The notes below the pieces were generated by a model. It was not told the origin of the DNA. It saw only the letters and a program-made list of their open reading frames with translations, and made no database searches. DNA of 64,000 nucleotides from Dendrobates tinctorius (lineage: Eukaryota). Both the position numbers and the translations under genes were made by a program. The stretch lies in the NCBI RefSeq assembly GCF_039654945.1, contig NW_027361878.1:31000001-31064000 (forward strand). The letters are read 5' to 3'. Position 1 is the stretch's first letter. Each line of letters opens with the position of its first letter. Of the stretch, positions 51,714 to 64,000 are shown piece by piece.

Positions 51714-53343
51714 CTAAAAAAACAGAGGAAAACATATATATGTTTGTAATGCAGTATCCTTCTCACCTGGAAGCTGAAGCTGCTTGTTGCCACATTTTAT
51801 GATAAAAGTCAAATTATTAAACATACTTCTACTATTATAAATGGGTTTTCTACACTTTCACTGGGTTTTCTACACTTTCACACTGGTGACCTGAACTTAC
51901 CAGCTGGAGATGTTTACATCCGGCTTCTGCTGGAGTTGATAACCTCACCAATTTTATATTGATGACATACCCTATAAGCAGGTTAATATCAAGGTGGTGC
52001 AAATCCCCTTTAACCAAGCATAAAAACAGAGGGTGAAAATATTGGCAAAACAGCACAATCTTAAAGAGGTTGTCCAGGTTTTGGTCCAAGTCTTCAGTCA
52101 CTCTATCTGACTGCAGACTTGTGAATCTGCACAACGCACGCTGTCAGAATTCTCCGGTGCCGGAAGAGTAAGCGGACATATGAGTGCAAGTATGCGATTT
52201 GTATACATGCAATCACGTGCCGACTAGAAGGCGCAGCCTCACTCAATACAAGTGACTTGAGCGCTGTTGGACACATGTAGTTGGATTGTGACTGGTAGAA
52301 TGCTGATCACATACTTCAGGGCATGTGCCCACCGCTCCTGGAGCCAGCACCGGAGAATCCATACATTGCATCCTTTCTTCCTTTTCTTGGAGTCATTATA
52401 CGTCCTGGCAGAGACGTGTCCGCGCTCAGAGCTTTTCAATAGTTCTTACGAACCTACAAGAGGTGAGCTGAAATTTATCTTTTTCAGTATCCTGTAAGGA
52501 TGCACAAGTCTGCAGTCATATAGAGTTGGGGGGTGTTTTTTTTTAAATTAAAGTATTTGTGTATGTGTTTCTTTTTCTTTTTTTTTTCCCCTGATAGACC
52601 CCTCTCCACTACTAACACTAGGGCTTGATGCCAGCTGTGTTTTTGGACAATTCACATCTGACATCAACCCTAACTACCATTACCCCAATTGCCAACGCAA
52701 CAGGGCAAATGGGACGAGACCACGGCAAAGTGCCATAATTGGCGCCTCTAATGCGATGCGCCACTTCTGGGGCGGCCGTGGACTGGTATTTTTAGGGTGG
52801 GAAGGTCCCAATAACCAAGGACTTTCCCAGTCTGGTAATATAAGCTCACAGATTTCTGTTTTACCCTTACTGGTTCCAAAAAATAAGGGGTATGTATTGT
52901 CATTTGTGCTGCTGGAAAAAAAATGGACATGTCTACGTGTGGGTCACACGGTCCGTGTGAAAACAGGGACATGTGCGCAGCCCCATAGATTCTAATGGGG
53001 GTTGCATATGTGCTTGTCTCCAGTACGTGTGAAAAATGACGTCACATGTAGTGGAAATGCTGACTTGTCAAAGGGGTCTTCTTAAATAGATAAATTATGT
53101 CAACTCTGATCAAACATCAGCTAGAAGCTGTGTAACTTCAGAACTAGCAAGTATGTCAGAACTAGCATCACAGCCAGCTATGTGCAGCGGTAGCACAGAC
53201 TTTACCGCAACAAAATGGAAACAAGTAGTTATTGAAGTATAGTTAGAAAGTTGGTTCATTTTGCATTTAGGAAGCAATAACATGAAAAAACTGTGTGTAA
53301 AAAAGGTGTAAAGGTGAAAGAATATTTTATGTATCAAATCTAC

Positions 53344-53427
53344 CTTTTTCATCAGCATTAGTTATCTCTCTCAGGCATTCATCTGGTACATCTGCTACAC
53401 ATCGTCTGTGGACATTAAATTGGCAGT
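53344..53427 (-). CDS. C1-domain gene, coding exon 2
   Basis: ctacag|(D)CQFNVHRRCVADVPDECLREITNADEK|gtag; phase 1 to 1; completes the C1 zinc finger. Confidence 0.88.
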
Positions 53428-54123
53428 CTGTAGAGAATGGATTAATACATTACATTTAGGCCTATATAGCGCACTCCTTGATGCAAATATGGAAGACAAT
53501 TATTCATGCCATCATCTTTTTATGTCTTATTTGCAGAAATAATCATAAGGGATGTGGATCGCAACTTATGGAAACTGAGATGTCTGAACTTTGCATGATA
53601 TATCGATTCTTTTTACAATTCTAAAAATATCACTTGGCTACTAAACATCACATAAAAACTGAATTATATCTGTGTTTTGTTACTATATATTTTGTTGATT
53701 TTGTTTAGCTTCCAGATTTATTTTTAGACGTATAGGGTTGACAGGGCATATATCACAGGTGCTAACGGAGGGACCAAAGAGCTGGTCTGTCCTGGCAAAA
53801 TATGAAGATAATTGAGCTAGGCAACTAACTGAATTATTGACCCTAGTGAAGGAAGCCTACCTATAATACTTGTGAATTCCAACAAGCACCAAAGGGAACT
53901 GCCAGAAACAAGATTACTAAATATTCTGGTTTCTCAAAATCTCACTTGTACTATGGGAGAACCTTTAGGTTATGTGCAGATGTGCATTTTTCTCACGTGG
54001 GTTCTTTCCGAAACCCATCTAAATAGTGCAAATTGAGTGATTAAAAGAATGACTATATGCATTTCTCTGTAAAAACAACTCCCTGTTCATATGTTCAGTG
54101 TTTTGAGCATATTTTGACCACTT

Positions 54124-54572
54124 TAGGTTTCTTGACTGGCCCAGCCAGAGCCCTGACCTAAACCCAATTGAGCATCTCAGGAGAGACCTGAAAATGGCTG
54201 TCCACCAACGTTCACCGTCCAACCTGACGGAACTGGAGGGAATCTGCGAGGAAGAATGGCAGAGGAACCCCAAATCCAGGTGTGAAAAACTTGTTGCATC
54301 ATTCCCAAAAAGACTCATGGCTGTACTAGCTCAAAAGGTGCTTCCACTCAATACTGAGCAAAGGGTCTGAATACTTATGGCCATGTGAGATTACAGTTTT
54401 TCTTTTTTAATAAATTTGCAAAAATTTCTACATTTCTTTTTTTTTCAGTCAAGATGGGGTGCAGAGTGTACATTAATGAGAAAAAATGAACTTTTTTTAA
54501 TTTACCAAATGGCTGCAATTAAACAAAGAGTGAAAAATTTAAAGGGGTCTGAATGCTTTCCGTACTCACAGT
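54124..54572 (+). mobile_element. Tc1 3' fragment in the C1-gene intron
   Basis: DWPSQSPDLNPIEHL...NLTELEGICEEEW followed by the right TIR region ggggtctgaatgctttcc. Confidence 0.8.
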
Positions 54573-55097
54573 AACTAATTAACGTTTTTTTCCTGAACTA
54601 CATCTCTTCAATCTTTATCTGAACTTAGGGCATGCCAATTTTTAGTTATAGCAGAACGTATAGCTTTGTCCAGGGACCAAATTTAAAACTAAAGATGAAT
54701 CTCTTGGGTTTTGCACAGTTGTTATTAACGCGAGGTGTCCTAAGTGCTTTAGGACCTGTCAAAGTGTCTGATCCCCTGCATCCATGTACTACTTGTATTG
54801 AATGAAGAAAGGATTGTTTTACTGCATCACAGAGTGCCACCTATTTTTTTCCTTTTTGACCTGGACTTTGTACAACGCTGATTGTTTTCAGACCTGGATT
54901 TAGTTCAAGAAGGGGTTTTCCTAGTAGTGGACAACCCCATTAAACCACAGCCGTCAAAGAAACATATAGCAGTCTGTGGTCGGCTTCATAAAAAAAAGTC
55001 ACTGATCGTCCATTATGACTTCTCAGGTGTTTGCAAAAAATAATGACAAATAAACCGTTGGAGGTGATCAATAAAAAGTAGAATAATACACATTTAC

Positions 55098-55215
55098 CTT
55101 TGCACTGCATGCCCTGTTTGAACATCCCCCAAAGAAGACCTTGGCAGTGCTGACAAAATGTGGGACGTGTGTATGTGCGGTCTTCAAAAGTATGGGAGAC
55201 CTTCACTCTGTCCAT
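55098..55215 (-). CDS. C1 (DAG/phorbol-ester-binding) domain gene, first coding exon; PKD C1b-like
   Basis: [39 protein letters not shown]|gtaaat; acceptor ttctttccttcaag near 55250; in-frame TGA six codons upstream of the ATG. Confidence 0.88.
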
Positions 55216-55754
55216 GTTCCAGCCAATCTTTCAATATAGGTCCGACCCCTTGAAGGAAAGAACACGAGATTTCTTTGTATTACGAAACGATATAAGAGAA
55301 AAAAAAGAATTCTTCTAAGTAAATGTATCATGGCAATAAACCTTTATATGTGCCTGTTTATAGAATGGTAGCTTTAAGGCACAATGTAGAAGGGCATCTT
55401 TCTTTTTTGAAGAAACCATTTTCTCTTCTAAAACAGAAAGGGCCTGTGCACACGTTAAGTATATACCGCATTTTTGGTACATTTTTTTCCATGCAGTTTT
55501 TCCACAAAAACGGCAGCATTTCCTAGTACCCGCAAAGTGAATGAGATTCCTCAAGATTCATGCACACGTTGCCTATTTTTGTCTTGTAGATTTGATGTAG
55601 CTTCAAATGTGCAGAAAGTCAATTTTTTCAGTGTTTTTGCTAAGTTTTCCCCTGTTCCAATGCATGTAAAAAACCACATAAAAAAAATGCAAGTCAAAAA
55701 ATGCTGTGTTTTTCCCTTTTTGGTGCAGAAATGTTCACTGCATAAGTCCTCTGC

Positions 55755-57050
55755 ACATACCATTACTGTAGTATTTGGGTTACCTCCCCCCCGTACTGTA
55801 GTGTGGGCCTTTCTCTCTTTTTCAGGTAACCTAATATTAAAAGTTAAAAGGATTGATGCCTTTGATCAAGTGCGTAGGAACGGGCTGCTCACACCCTGTC
55901 TAAATGCTCAGCAGCTGCTGTGACCTAGAGACAATCTATACCATGTACTGAGCACTACAATGCACGAAAGCTCGGTACTCGAATCGAGCAGGTCGGACGC
56001 TCAGACGGGCTCAACTCGAGTCACGAGTTAAATGAAAGTTAATGGGAAACTCGCCTCCATGATGAAGCATTGCGAAACGCGCGTCGGGGCATGAGGGATG
56101 CTCTAGGAAGCACCATCAGTTTGCGGTATATCACAGTGGCATTTTCATATGCGCCCATTATGTTCTATACATTGAATCTAGGGCAATTATAGGAGTTTTT
56201 TGCTGGGTACATATTTTAGTGGACTGACCCATAATATATCTGCGGAGGGGGAGCCTAATTGGCCTAATAGGGGACAGAGTGTTTACTACCACCTTAAGTA
56301 TTATTGTGCCCTATTATTTCTTTTGCTCCTTAATAAACTATAGGGATCACCTAACAGTTTAGGCTATATGTGTTAAGGGATATTAGTGGGTTAGCCGTTC
56401 TCAAACTTGTCGGACATATCTGAGGATAGTCGGTTCATGATTGTAGATGAAGTAAATTACGTTGGTCTTTCCCTGTGGTATACTTTATACTATGCCCTAT
56501 TTTTTGCCTTTAGAAGAAATGCTGTTATGTTGTGCTTCCATGGCATATGGTCCTCTCTTACACTGGTCTAGCACCTTCTTTTTAATGGTTGTAATTTGTA
56601 CTGTTCATAAATAAAATTATCTTTTAAATATACCATTGTGTGGCACCTTCTTATAAATAAGAAATCAAGGTTACCACAAAAGGTGATAATAGTTGTTTTG
56701 TGGTATATTTCCCAGTATGGGGTGTTGAAAAATTGAATTGGGCAATTTTGGTGAACATACCATTACTGTAGTATTTGGGTTACCTCCCCCCCTACTGTAG
56801 TGTGGGCCTTTCTATCTTTTTTAGGTAACCTAATATTAAAAGTTAAAAGGATGGATGCCTTTGATCAAGTGCGTAGGAGCGGGATGCTCACACCCTGTCT
56901 AAATGCTTAGCGACTGCTGTGACCTAGAGACAATCTATACCATGTACTGAGCACTACAATGCACGAAAGCTCGGTACTCGAATCGAGCAGGTCGGACGTT
57001 CAGACGGGCTCAACTCGAGTCATGAGTTAAATGAAAGTCAATGGGAAACT
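55755..57050. repeat. ~297-bp direct duplication (55755-56052 and 56755-57050) enclosing a Penelope-like segment that begins at a minimal hammerhead motif
   Basis: Near-identical copies of cataccattactgtagtatttggg...atgggaaactc; the intervening sequence starts gcctccatgatgaagcattgcgaaacgcgcgtcggggc. Confidence 0.7.
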
Positions 57051-60000
57051 CAAGAATTTTTGCGAAAAACCCTAACAGGAAAGTTGGGAGGAGGAGGGGG
57101 CAAGAAAATAGATGAAAAGGATGGAAATAGCGCTCGAATGGAATAGGAACAGCATGGGGAAGACGCCTGGATGCATCTCTGACTCTCAGGTCGCTGCTGG
57201 GAACAATGTTGTCAGAGTATTACTCCACTTTTACGGACCGACAATAAAACATACAAAACCAAAGATAAAACGGATTTTACAGGAAAAATTATAGGAAACA
57301 TTATTTCCTGTATAATGACTTGTATATAAGGCAAAATGAATCCCTTAAGGACCAGGCCACTTTGTAGGTTAATCACTGGGCCTCCTTTTTTTTAAATCTG
57401 ACCACTGTCACTTTATGAGGTTATAACTCTGGAACGCTTCAACAGATCCCACTGATTCTGAGAAAGTTTTCTTTGTGACATATTGTACTTCATGATGGTG
57501 GTAAAATTTATTTAACATGACTTGCGTTTTTTTGTGAAAAAAATCGGAAATGTGGCAAAAATGTAGAAAATGTCACAATTTTCAAACTTTGAATTTTTAT
57601 GCCCTTAAATCAGAGAGTGATATCGCCCAAAATAGTTAAGAAAAATCATCTCCCACATGTCTCTTTTATATCAGCACAATTCTTGAAATATAATTTTGTT
57701 TTGTTAGGAAGTTATAAGGGTTAAAAGGTGACCATCGGTTTCTCATTTTTCGAACAAAATTTACCAAACCATTTTTTTTAGGGACCACATCACATTTGAA
57801 GTCACTTTGAGGGGTGTACAAGACAGAAAATACCCAAAAGTGACACCATTCTAAAAAGTGCACCCCTCAAACAACGTTCAAGAATTTTATTAACCCTTCA
57901 TGTGCTTCACATGAACTGGAGAAATATGGAAGAAAAAAATGAACATTTAACTTTTTTTCACAAAAATTTAACGTAAAACCCAATTTTTTTTTATTTCCAG
58001 TAGGTTCAGGAGAAAATGAACCCCAATATTTGTTCTGTCATTTCTTCTGAGTATGCTGATGCTCCGCATATGGGGACAAACCACTGTGTGGGCACATGGC
58101 AGGGCTCCAAAGGATAGGAGCGCTGTTTGACTTTTTGAACACAAAATTGACTGGAATGGAGAGCGGACACCATGTTGCGTTTGGAAAGCCCCTGATGTGC
58201 CTAAAGAATGGAAATCCCCCAAATGTGACCCCATTTTGTAAACTAGATCCCTCAAGGAACTTATCTAGATGAACCCGCAGGTGCTTCACAGACTTTTATA
58301 ACATAGAGCTGTGAAAATAAAAAAATATTTTTTCCACAAAAATTATCTTTTAGCCTCAAATTTTTTTATTTTCACAAGGGTAACAGGAGAAAATGGACTG
58401 CAAAATGTGTTGTGCAATTTCTCCTGAATGTGCCAATACCCCATATGTGGAGGAAAACTACTTTTGAGGTACAGTGTAAAGCTCAGAAGGGAAGAAGGGA
58501 CATATTGAAGTTCAGATTTTGCTGGAATGGTTTGAGGGTGTCATGTCACATTGGCAGAGCCCCCGAGATGTCAGACCAGCAGAATCCCCCATAAGTGATG
58601 TCATTTTGCAAACTACACCTCTCAATAAATTAATCTAGGGGTGTAGTGACCATATTGACACCATATGTGCTTCACAGAAATTTATACCATTGGGCAGTGA
58701 AGAAAGAATAATTACATTTCTTCCACTGAAACGTTGTTTTAGCCCAATATTTCTAATTTTTATAATGGCAAATAGGAAAAAAAATGACGTCTCAGTTTGT
58801 TGTGCACTTTCTCCTACGTGTAATCAGGAACTACCTTTGAGTCACAGTACAAAGCTCAGAAGGGAAGGAGCACTATATTACAGTGCAGATGTTAGTGTTA
58901 TGGTTTGAGGGTGCCATGACCCACTGGGAGAGCCCCTGAGGTGGCAGAACCCCCATAAATGACCCCATTTTACAAACTACACCTTCAGGCTGTGTGCCCA
59001 CAATGCGTTTTGCTAAGCATTTCCGCAGCGTTTGTGCCGGCTCAGACGCTGCAGAAAAGCTTAAAAGATGCATCAAATTAATTTGCATGCGTTTTTGGCT
59101 TTTTGTGCCAATGCATGCGTTTTTAACCGCTCAGGAATCGCTTAGCGGCTAAAAACGCAGCATGCTCATTAATTCCCGCATTGCTGAGCGTTTTTAGCCA
59201 TCCCCAATGTTCCCAGAAATCGCGTGTCACAAAACGTGTCAAAAACGCGTGGCTTTTTGACAAAAACTGCGCAAGAAACGCACGGAAAAAGACACACGGT
59301 TTCTGGGAAGGGGATCAGTTTCCTGAGCGTTTAAAAAAGCTAGTGTGGGCACATAGCCTCAATTAATTCTTCTAGGGGTGCAGTGATCATATTGACACCA
59401 CAGGTGTGTCACAGAATTTTATACCATTGGGCAGTAAGGAAAAAATAACTACATTTTCACCACCAACATTTTGTTTTAGCCCCAGATTTTACATTTTCAA
59501 AAGGGTAACGTGTTACACCAGCCTGCTATCCTGTCTTATAAATGCAGGAGTGACAGTCTTAGGTATCTGGTGGCTGCAAACAAGTGTCCCTTAATCCTTC
59601 TTACCAGAAATGTTATCACGAAGGGGAATAAAATGGTGGATGTCTTCTGCACAGCAGTCTGTGAGGTAATGAGCTTCTTCTTCCTACAATGCAGCACTAC
59701 AGAGCAAGAGACGGGAAGTCCAAAGGGACAGAAAGCTTCTTCCGTAAATTCAGCCACCAGATGGGAGTCTGTGCTAACAAATACTCACTAATGAAACGGA
59801 AATGGAACGTGTCCCCAAGACTTAACGCTGATAACCTGCAGATATGGAGTTAATCTGCAGGTTAACGTGTTATTATGCTGCCCGGCGCCTGCACATCGCC
59901 GAATGCATCGGGGAGAAAATTAACTTTATACTCCCCACCAGCATTCGGTTTCAGTGACAGGGACGGCGCCTGTCCTGTCACCGCTCTGAGTGCGACGGCT

Positions 60001-60570
60001 GTAACCGCGTCCTCGGCCCTGACCGACACTCGCTCTGCATTGGGGCTCAGCTGTCAGTCAGAGCCGATGACGCGGTTACAGCCGTCGCTTTGTATTCTCA
60101 GAGCAGTGAATGAACCGGCGACTTTCCAAATGCTTGGCGGCTGCTGTGACCTAGAGACGATCTGTACCATGTACTGAGCACTACAATGCTCGAGTGCTCG
60201 GTACTCAAATGGAGCAGGCCGGACGCTCAGACGGGCTCAGCTCAGGTGACGAGTAAAATGAAAGTCAATGGGAAACTCGAGCATTTTTGCAAAAGTCCCT
60301 AACAGGAGGGCTGGGGAGGAGGAGGGGGCATAAAAAAAGCTGAAATGGATGGAAATACAGCTAAAATGGAATGGGAACAGCATGGAGAAGACGCCTCTCT
60401 GACTCTCAGGTCACTGATGGGAACAATGTTGGCAGAGTATTACTCCAATTTTATGGACTGACAATAAAACACAAAAATGAAGATAAAAATGGATTTTACA
60501 GGAAAAATGTTAGGAAACATTATTTCCTGTATAATGACTTGTATATTATGCCAAAATTCACCTAAGGACC
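56900..60570. repeat. Dispersed ~450-bp repeat in two copies (56900-57350 and 60128-60570) within a large composite non-autonomous transposon region
   Basis: Shared aaatgct...gctgctgtgacctagagac...tttcctgtataatgacttgtatat. Confidence 0.7.
58988..59358. mobile_element. Harbinger-type MITE
   Basis: TCA|ggctgtgtgcccaca ... tgtgggcacatagcc|TCA. Confidence 0.8.
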
Positions 60571-61323
60571 AAGCCACTTCATAGAGGAGGGACGGAGCGT
60601 TATTTTCCTCCTGGAGAGACTTTTCTAGAATAGTTTGCAGACTCCATATCATATCATTTGGAAATTATACCCCTGCCAAACACGTGGATGCTAAATGTGG
60701 TTTAGGCAAACTCTGAGGCTGAGAAGGAAGGGGGGAGGGGGACATTTGGATTTGGGAGCACAGAATTTGCTGAATTTCTTGTGGGAGGTGAGGAGCCATT
60801 CCGCTTTTCCACAGCCTTTGTGCTACTAGTAACGTGAAGCCCCCTTTATTTCCATTAACAGATTATGGACCTGAGTGGGGACTTGCTTTTTTGTGGACTT
60901 AGTTGAAGCTTTTATTGGGAAAATTTTACATAACAGTCGGGATCACATTTATCCAACGCTTTACGCTGAGCACTTACTTTGGGGTTTCCATCTAAATCTG
61001 TGAGTGAAGTGATTCAGAAGAAACCCCTGATGGATCCATTCACTATAAAGAGGCAGCAGAGTTACTCTGGACTCCAGCTGGCCTCTGTTCAGTGGTGTTC
61101 TTTTCAGAAGTGCACAAAACTGTGGCTGACGGCGCTTTTACACCTAAAAAGATGGACACCGCCGGATCACAGGCCAGAAAGCATGCACAGTGCCTCTATC
61201 TGCCTCATTATAGGGAATCTTCCACCAAAGATTCCATCTTAATCACGTATTTCAGAGATTTAGGTGGAAACCCCGGTGCAAACGCTCAGCATAGAGCGCA
61301 AGATAAATGTGCACAGAGCCTTA

Positions 61324-61690
61324 AGGGCCGTTTACATTTAGCGATGCACCAGCGATCCGACCTGGTCAGGATCGCTGGTGCATCGCTAAATGATTGCTAG
61401 TGAGCTGTCACACAGGCAGACCTCACAGCGATGCAGCAGCGATGCAGCGCACAATACTCACCATTCACACACAGCGATCCTGACGTCCTCCCGCCTGCCT
61501 CCACGCGTCGCTTGTCGTCACAGCAGGAAGCTGACGAGAAATGGAGCCGGACATTCTCGCATGATCAGCGATGGACAGTGGGGGAGCCGGTCGGAGGTAA
61601 GTATTACACATAGCGATATCGCTAGCGATATCGCTATAACGTCACAAAATCGGTGACGTTATAGCGATATCGCTATGTGTAAAACCCCCT
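61324..61690. mobile_element. Harbinger-type MITE, inverted relative of 1997-2392
   Basis: tta|agggccgtttaca ... tgtaaaaccccct|tta; shared atcgctggt / agcgatatcgct repeats. Confidence 0.75.
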
Positions 61691-63069
61691 TTACTGCGAT
61701 CTTTGGGAGGCAAAATGAACAAACGAACAGCAGGTGAAGAATTGGTGTTATTTATATTTTTATGTTGTTCCTTGTGCGGTATAAGTGATTACACGACTTT
61801 ATTCTTCGGGTCGGTGCAATTAGAGCGATACTAGATAAATATCCTTTTTTATGTTTGGCTGCTGTCACACATTAAAAGATGATTTTTATTGCAAAAACTC
61901 ATCGCCATATTTTGAGAGCTACAATTTTTCCATATTTCACTCAGCAAAGTCATATCATGGCTTGTTTTTTGTGCAATGTGTTAACATTTTTATTGGCACC
62001 ATTTACAAGCACATGACACTTTTTGATCTCTTTCTATTCCTATTTTTAGGGAGGTAGAATGAACAAAAACCATCAATTCAGGAATCGTTTTTTTTTTTTT
62101 TCCGTTTCGCATGTGGTAAACTTGGTAAGGCAGCTTTATTCCTTGGGTCAATACGATTACAGCGATACCACATTTATATCTTTTTTTATGTTTTGACACT
62201 TTTACACAATAAAAACCTTTACAGAAAAAAAAGAATTATTTTTGCATCACTTTATTCTGAGAGCACTTTATTCTGAGAGCCATAACTTTTTTAGTTTTCG
62301 GCTGATGGAGCTGTATGGCGGCTTGTTTTTTGCAAGAAAAGATGACGCTTTCCAACTATACCATTTTTATTTATATCCTTTAATTATCGTGTTTTATTCC
62401 ACTTTTCTTCCATTGGTATGATGATAAAGCATAGTTTGCTAGGTTTTTGGTGGAGAGGTTTTACAGCGTTCACTGAAGGGGTTAACTAGTGTGCCACTTT
62501 TAGAGAGTTGTTCAGGGCGCGGCAATACCAAATATGTGCATTGCAATGCATTAGTCCTAAATTGAAAACTTCTGACACTATACTGAGAGCATGGTGTCAG
62601 AAGCTTTCTGTAGCTTGGTGAGTCAGGGGTTGTCATGAATATCCCGAGTCACCATGGCAACGATTGTGCCCCTGGGATGGCTGCAAGGGAACCGATCTGA
62701 AGGCACAGGGAGCTCCCATCTCTCTGCCTGCCTCTTGAATGTTGCGATCGTGCTTGATCACAGCATTTAGGGGGTTAACAGCTAGGGGCGGCGCTGACAC
62801 CACTCCTGGTTGTTTAGTGCAGGAGTTCAACCACTAGCAGCACTGAGCTAATGCTCTGATTGGGCAGGAGGTGCTGATATTTCAGCATCATCTGCGCGAT
62901 CATGCTGTGACCGGTCGGTTAGATTTGGAGTGAGGGCCGCATGATGACCCTCTAAAAATTATGATCACTTCCCCATCTATTACTGCACACCTTGCATATT
63001 TTAAATAAGGTATACAGTATAATATATGCTGGCAAACTTTCTGGTATTGATAAGGAAAAGTAAATACGT

Positions 63070-63435
63070 AGCCCTGAAAAGTACTTCTGGTTTTTGGTTG
63101 CAGCAGTATACCTATAGAAAGACTGTATGGTAATAAACCCTGCCTATATGCCTCTAATTCAAAACTATCTCTCCTCCACCAGCTATCCCTGCACTGAATG
63201 CAGGTAACAGTGGTTTTAACTAGAGAAAGGACACTGCAGCCCTGAAAAGGACTTTTGTTTTTGTGGCTACAGCAGTAGTATACCTACAGAAGGACTGTAA
63301 GGCAATAAACCCTGCCTATAAGCCTCTAATCCAAAACTATCCATCCTCCACCAGCTATCCGAACACTGAATGTGGGTAACAGCGGTTTTACTAGACAAAG
63401 TACAGCATGCCGCCCTGAAACGGACTCTTGTTTTA
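63070..63435. repeat. ~170-bp tandem repeat (2+ copies)
   Basis: gccctgaaa...aataaaccctgcctata...aaaactatc...ccaccagctatcc recurs at ~63071, 63239 and 63412 (partial). Confidence 0.75.
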
Positions 63436-64000
63436 AAGGAAATCTGTCACGCATTTTTTGAGATATCATGTAAAGATATCATTGAATTGTGTGTTACCTA
63501 AGTATCCTAGTCATACTTTTAATCCCCCCTGTCCCGCACCTTTGATGCATAAATACCTTTTTTATAACTCTTCCGATTTATGGAAATCGCTGTGGTCAGG
63601 TCTGATGGGCATAGCTTATTTTCCTCCCCCCTTGGCTTGCTGGACATAATTTCTTCTGTGAATATCACAGATGCCGGTTTATTTGTGTCTGCGCATCGAT
63701 AAGGCTGTTCGCAGTTGCGCAGTAAGCTCTGCCCAACTGTGGGCAAAGCATATAATCGCTACTGTGCATGCGCCGGTATTTTTCCCTGCGTCTATGACCT
63801 AGAGATCTTCATATGTCAGTGGCAGCTACTGCCCCTCCTGTGATGTATGTGTTCCCCCAGCCCCTCCTGTGATGTATGCGCCCCCAGCGGCTCCCTTGAT
63901 GTATATGCCGCAGTGTCTCCTATTTGATGTACATTCTGCAACCCCAGTGTTTCCTATGTGATGTATATACTGCAGAACCCCCACTGCTTGCGTTCTATAA

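Noticed and set aside
53344-55215. Assigning a symbol such as PRKD3, PRKCD or RASGRP2 to the C1 exons
   Set aside because: The upstream in-frame stop and the absence of other domains do not fit a full-length member of those families.

Overview
Eukaryotic, intron-containing, repeat-dense vertebrate DNA. It is most likely a frog (anuran), inferred from the TTAA-AGG T2/Kolobok-type MITEs, the V-SINE, the DIRS element and the CR1 tail; the species cannot be assigned. The six-frame ORF track is mostly noise, and real genes had to be assembled from exons. The core is a head-to-head pair sharing a CpG-rich bidirectional promoter at ~28.7-29.0 kb: EIF1AD (minus, 5 coding exons, 179 aa) and BANF1 (plus, 2 coding exons, 90 aa). 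Next is a 3-exon secreted type-2 cystatin-fold gene (minus, 140 aa) that has lost both the QxVxG and PW inhibitory motifs; its position matches mammalian EIF1AD-BANF1-CST6. Further along is a minus-strand gene whose first codons are a complete, typical C1 (DAG/phorbol-binding) zinc finger resembling protein kinase D C1b but with Trp22. It has an in-frame stop upstream and no kinase domain visible in the window, so it may be a stand-alone C1 microprotein. The rest is nested transposons (two Tc1 copies, a DIRS element with ITR/ICR, many Harbinger-, hAT-, Kolobok/T2-, piggyBac- and pogo/Tc2-type MITEs), a V-SINE, a Penelope-like segment starting at a minimal hammerhead motif, and several minisatellites. 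One minisatellite is a tandem amplification of the EIF1AD exon/intron junction and creates 10 extra in-frame 5' splice sites.
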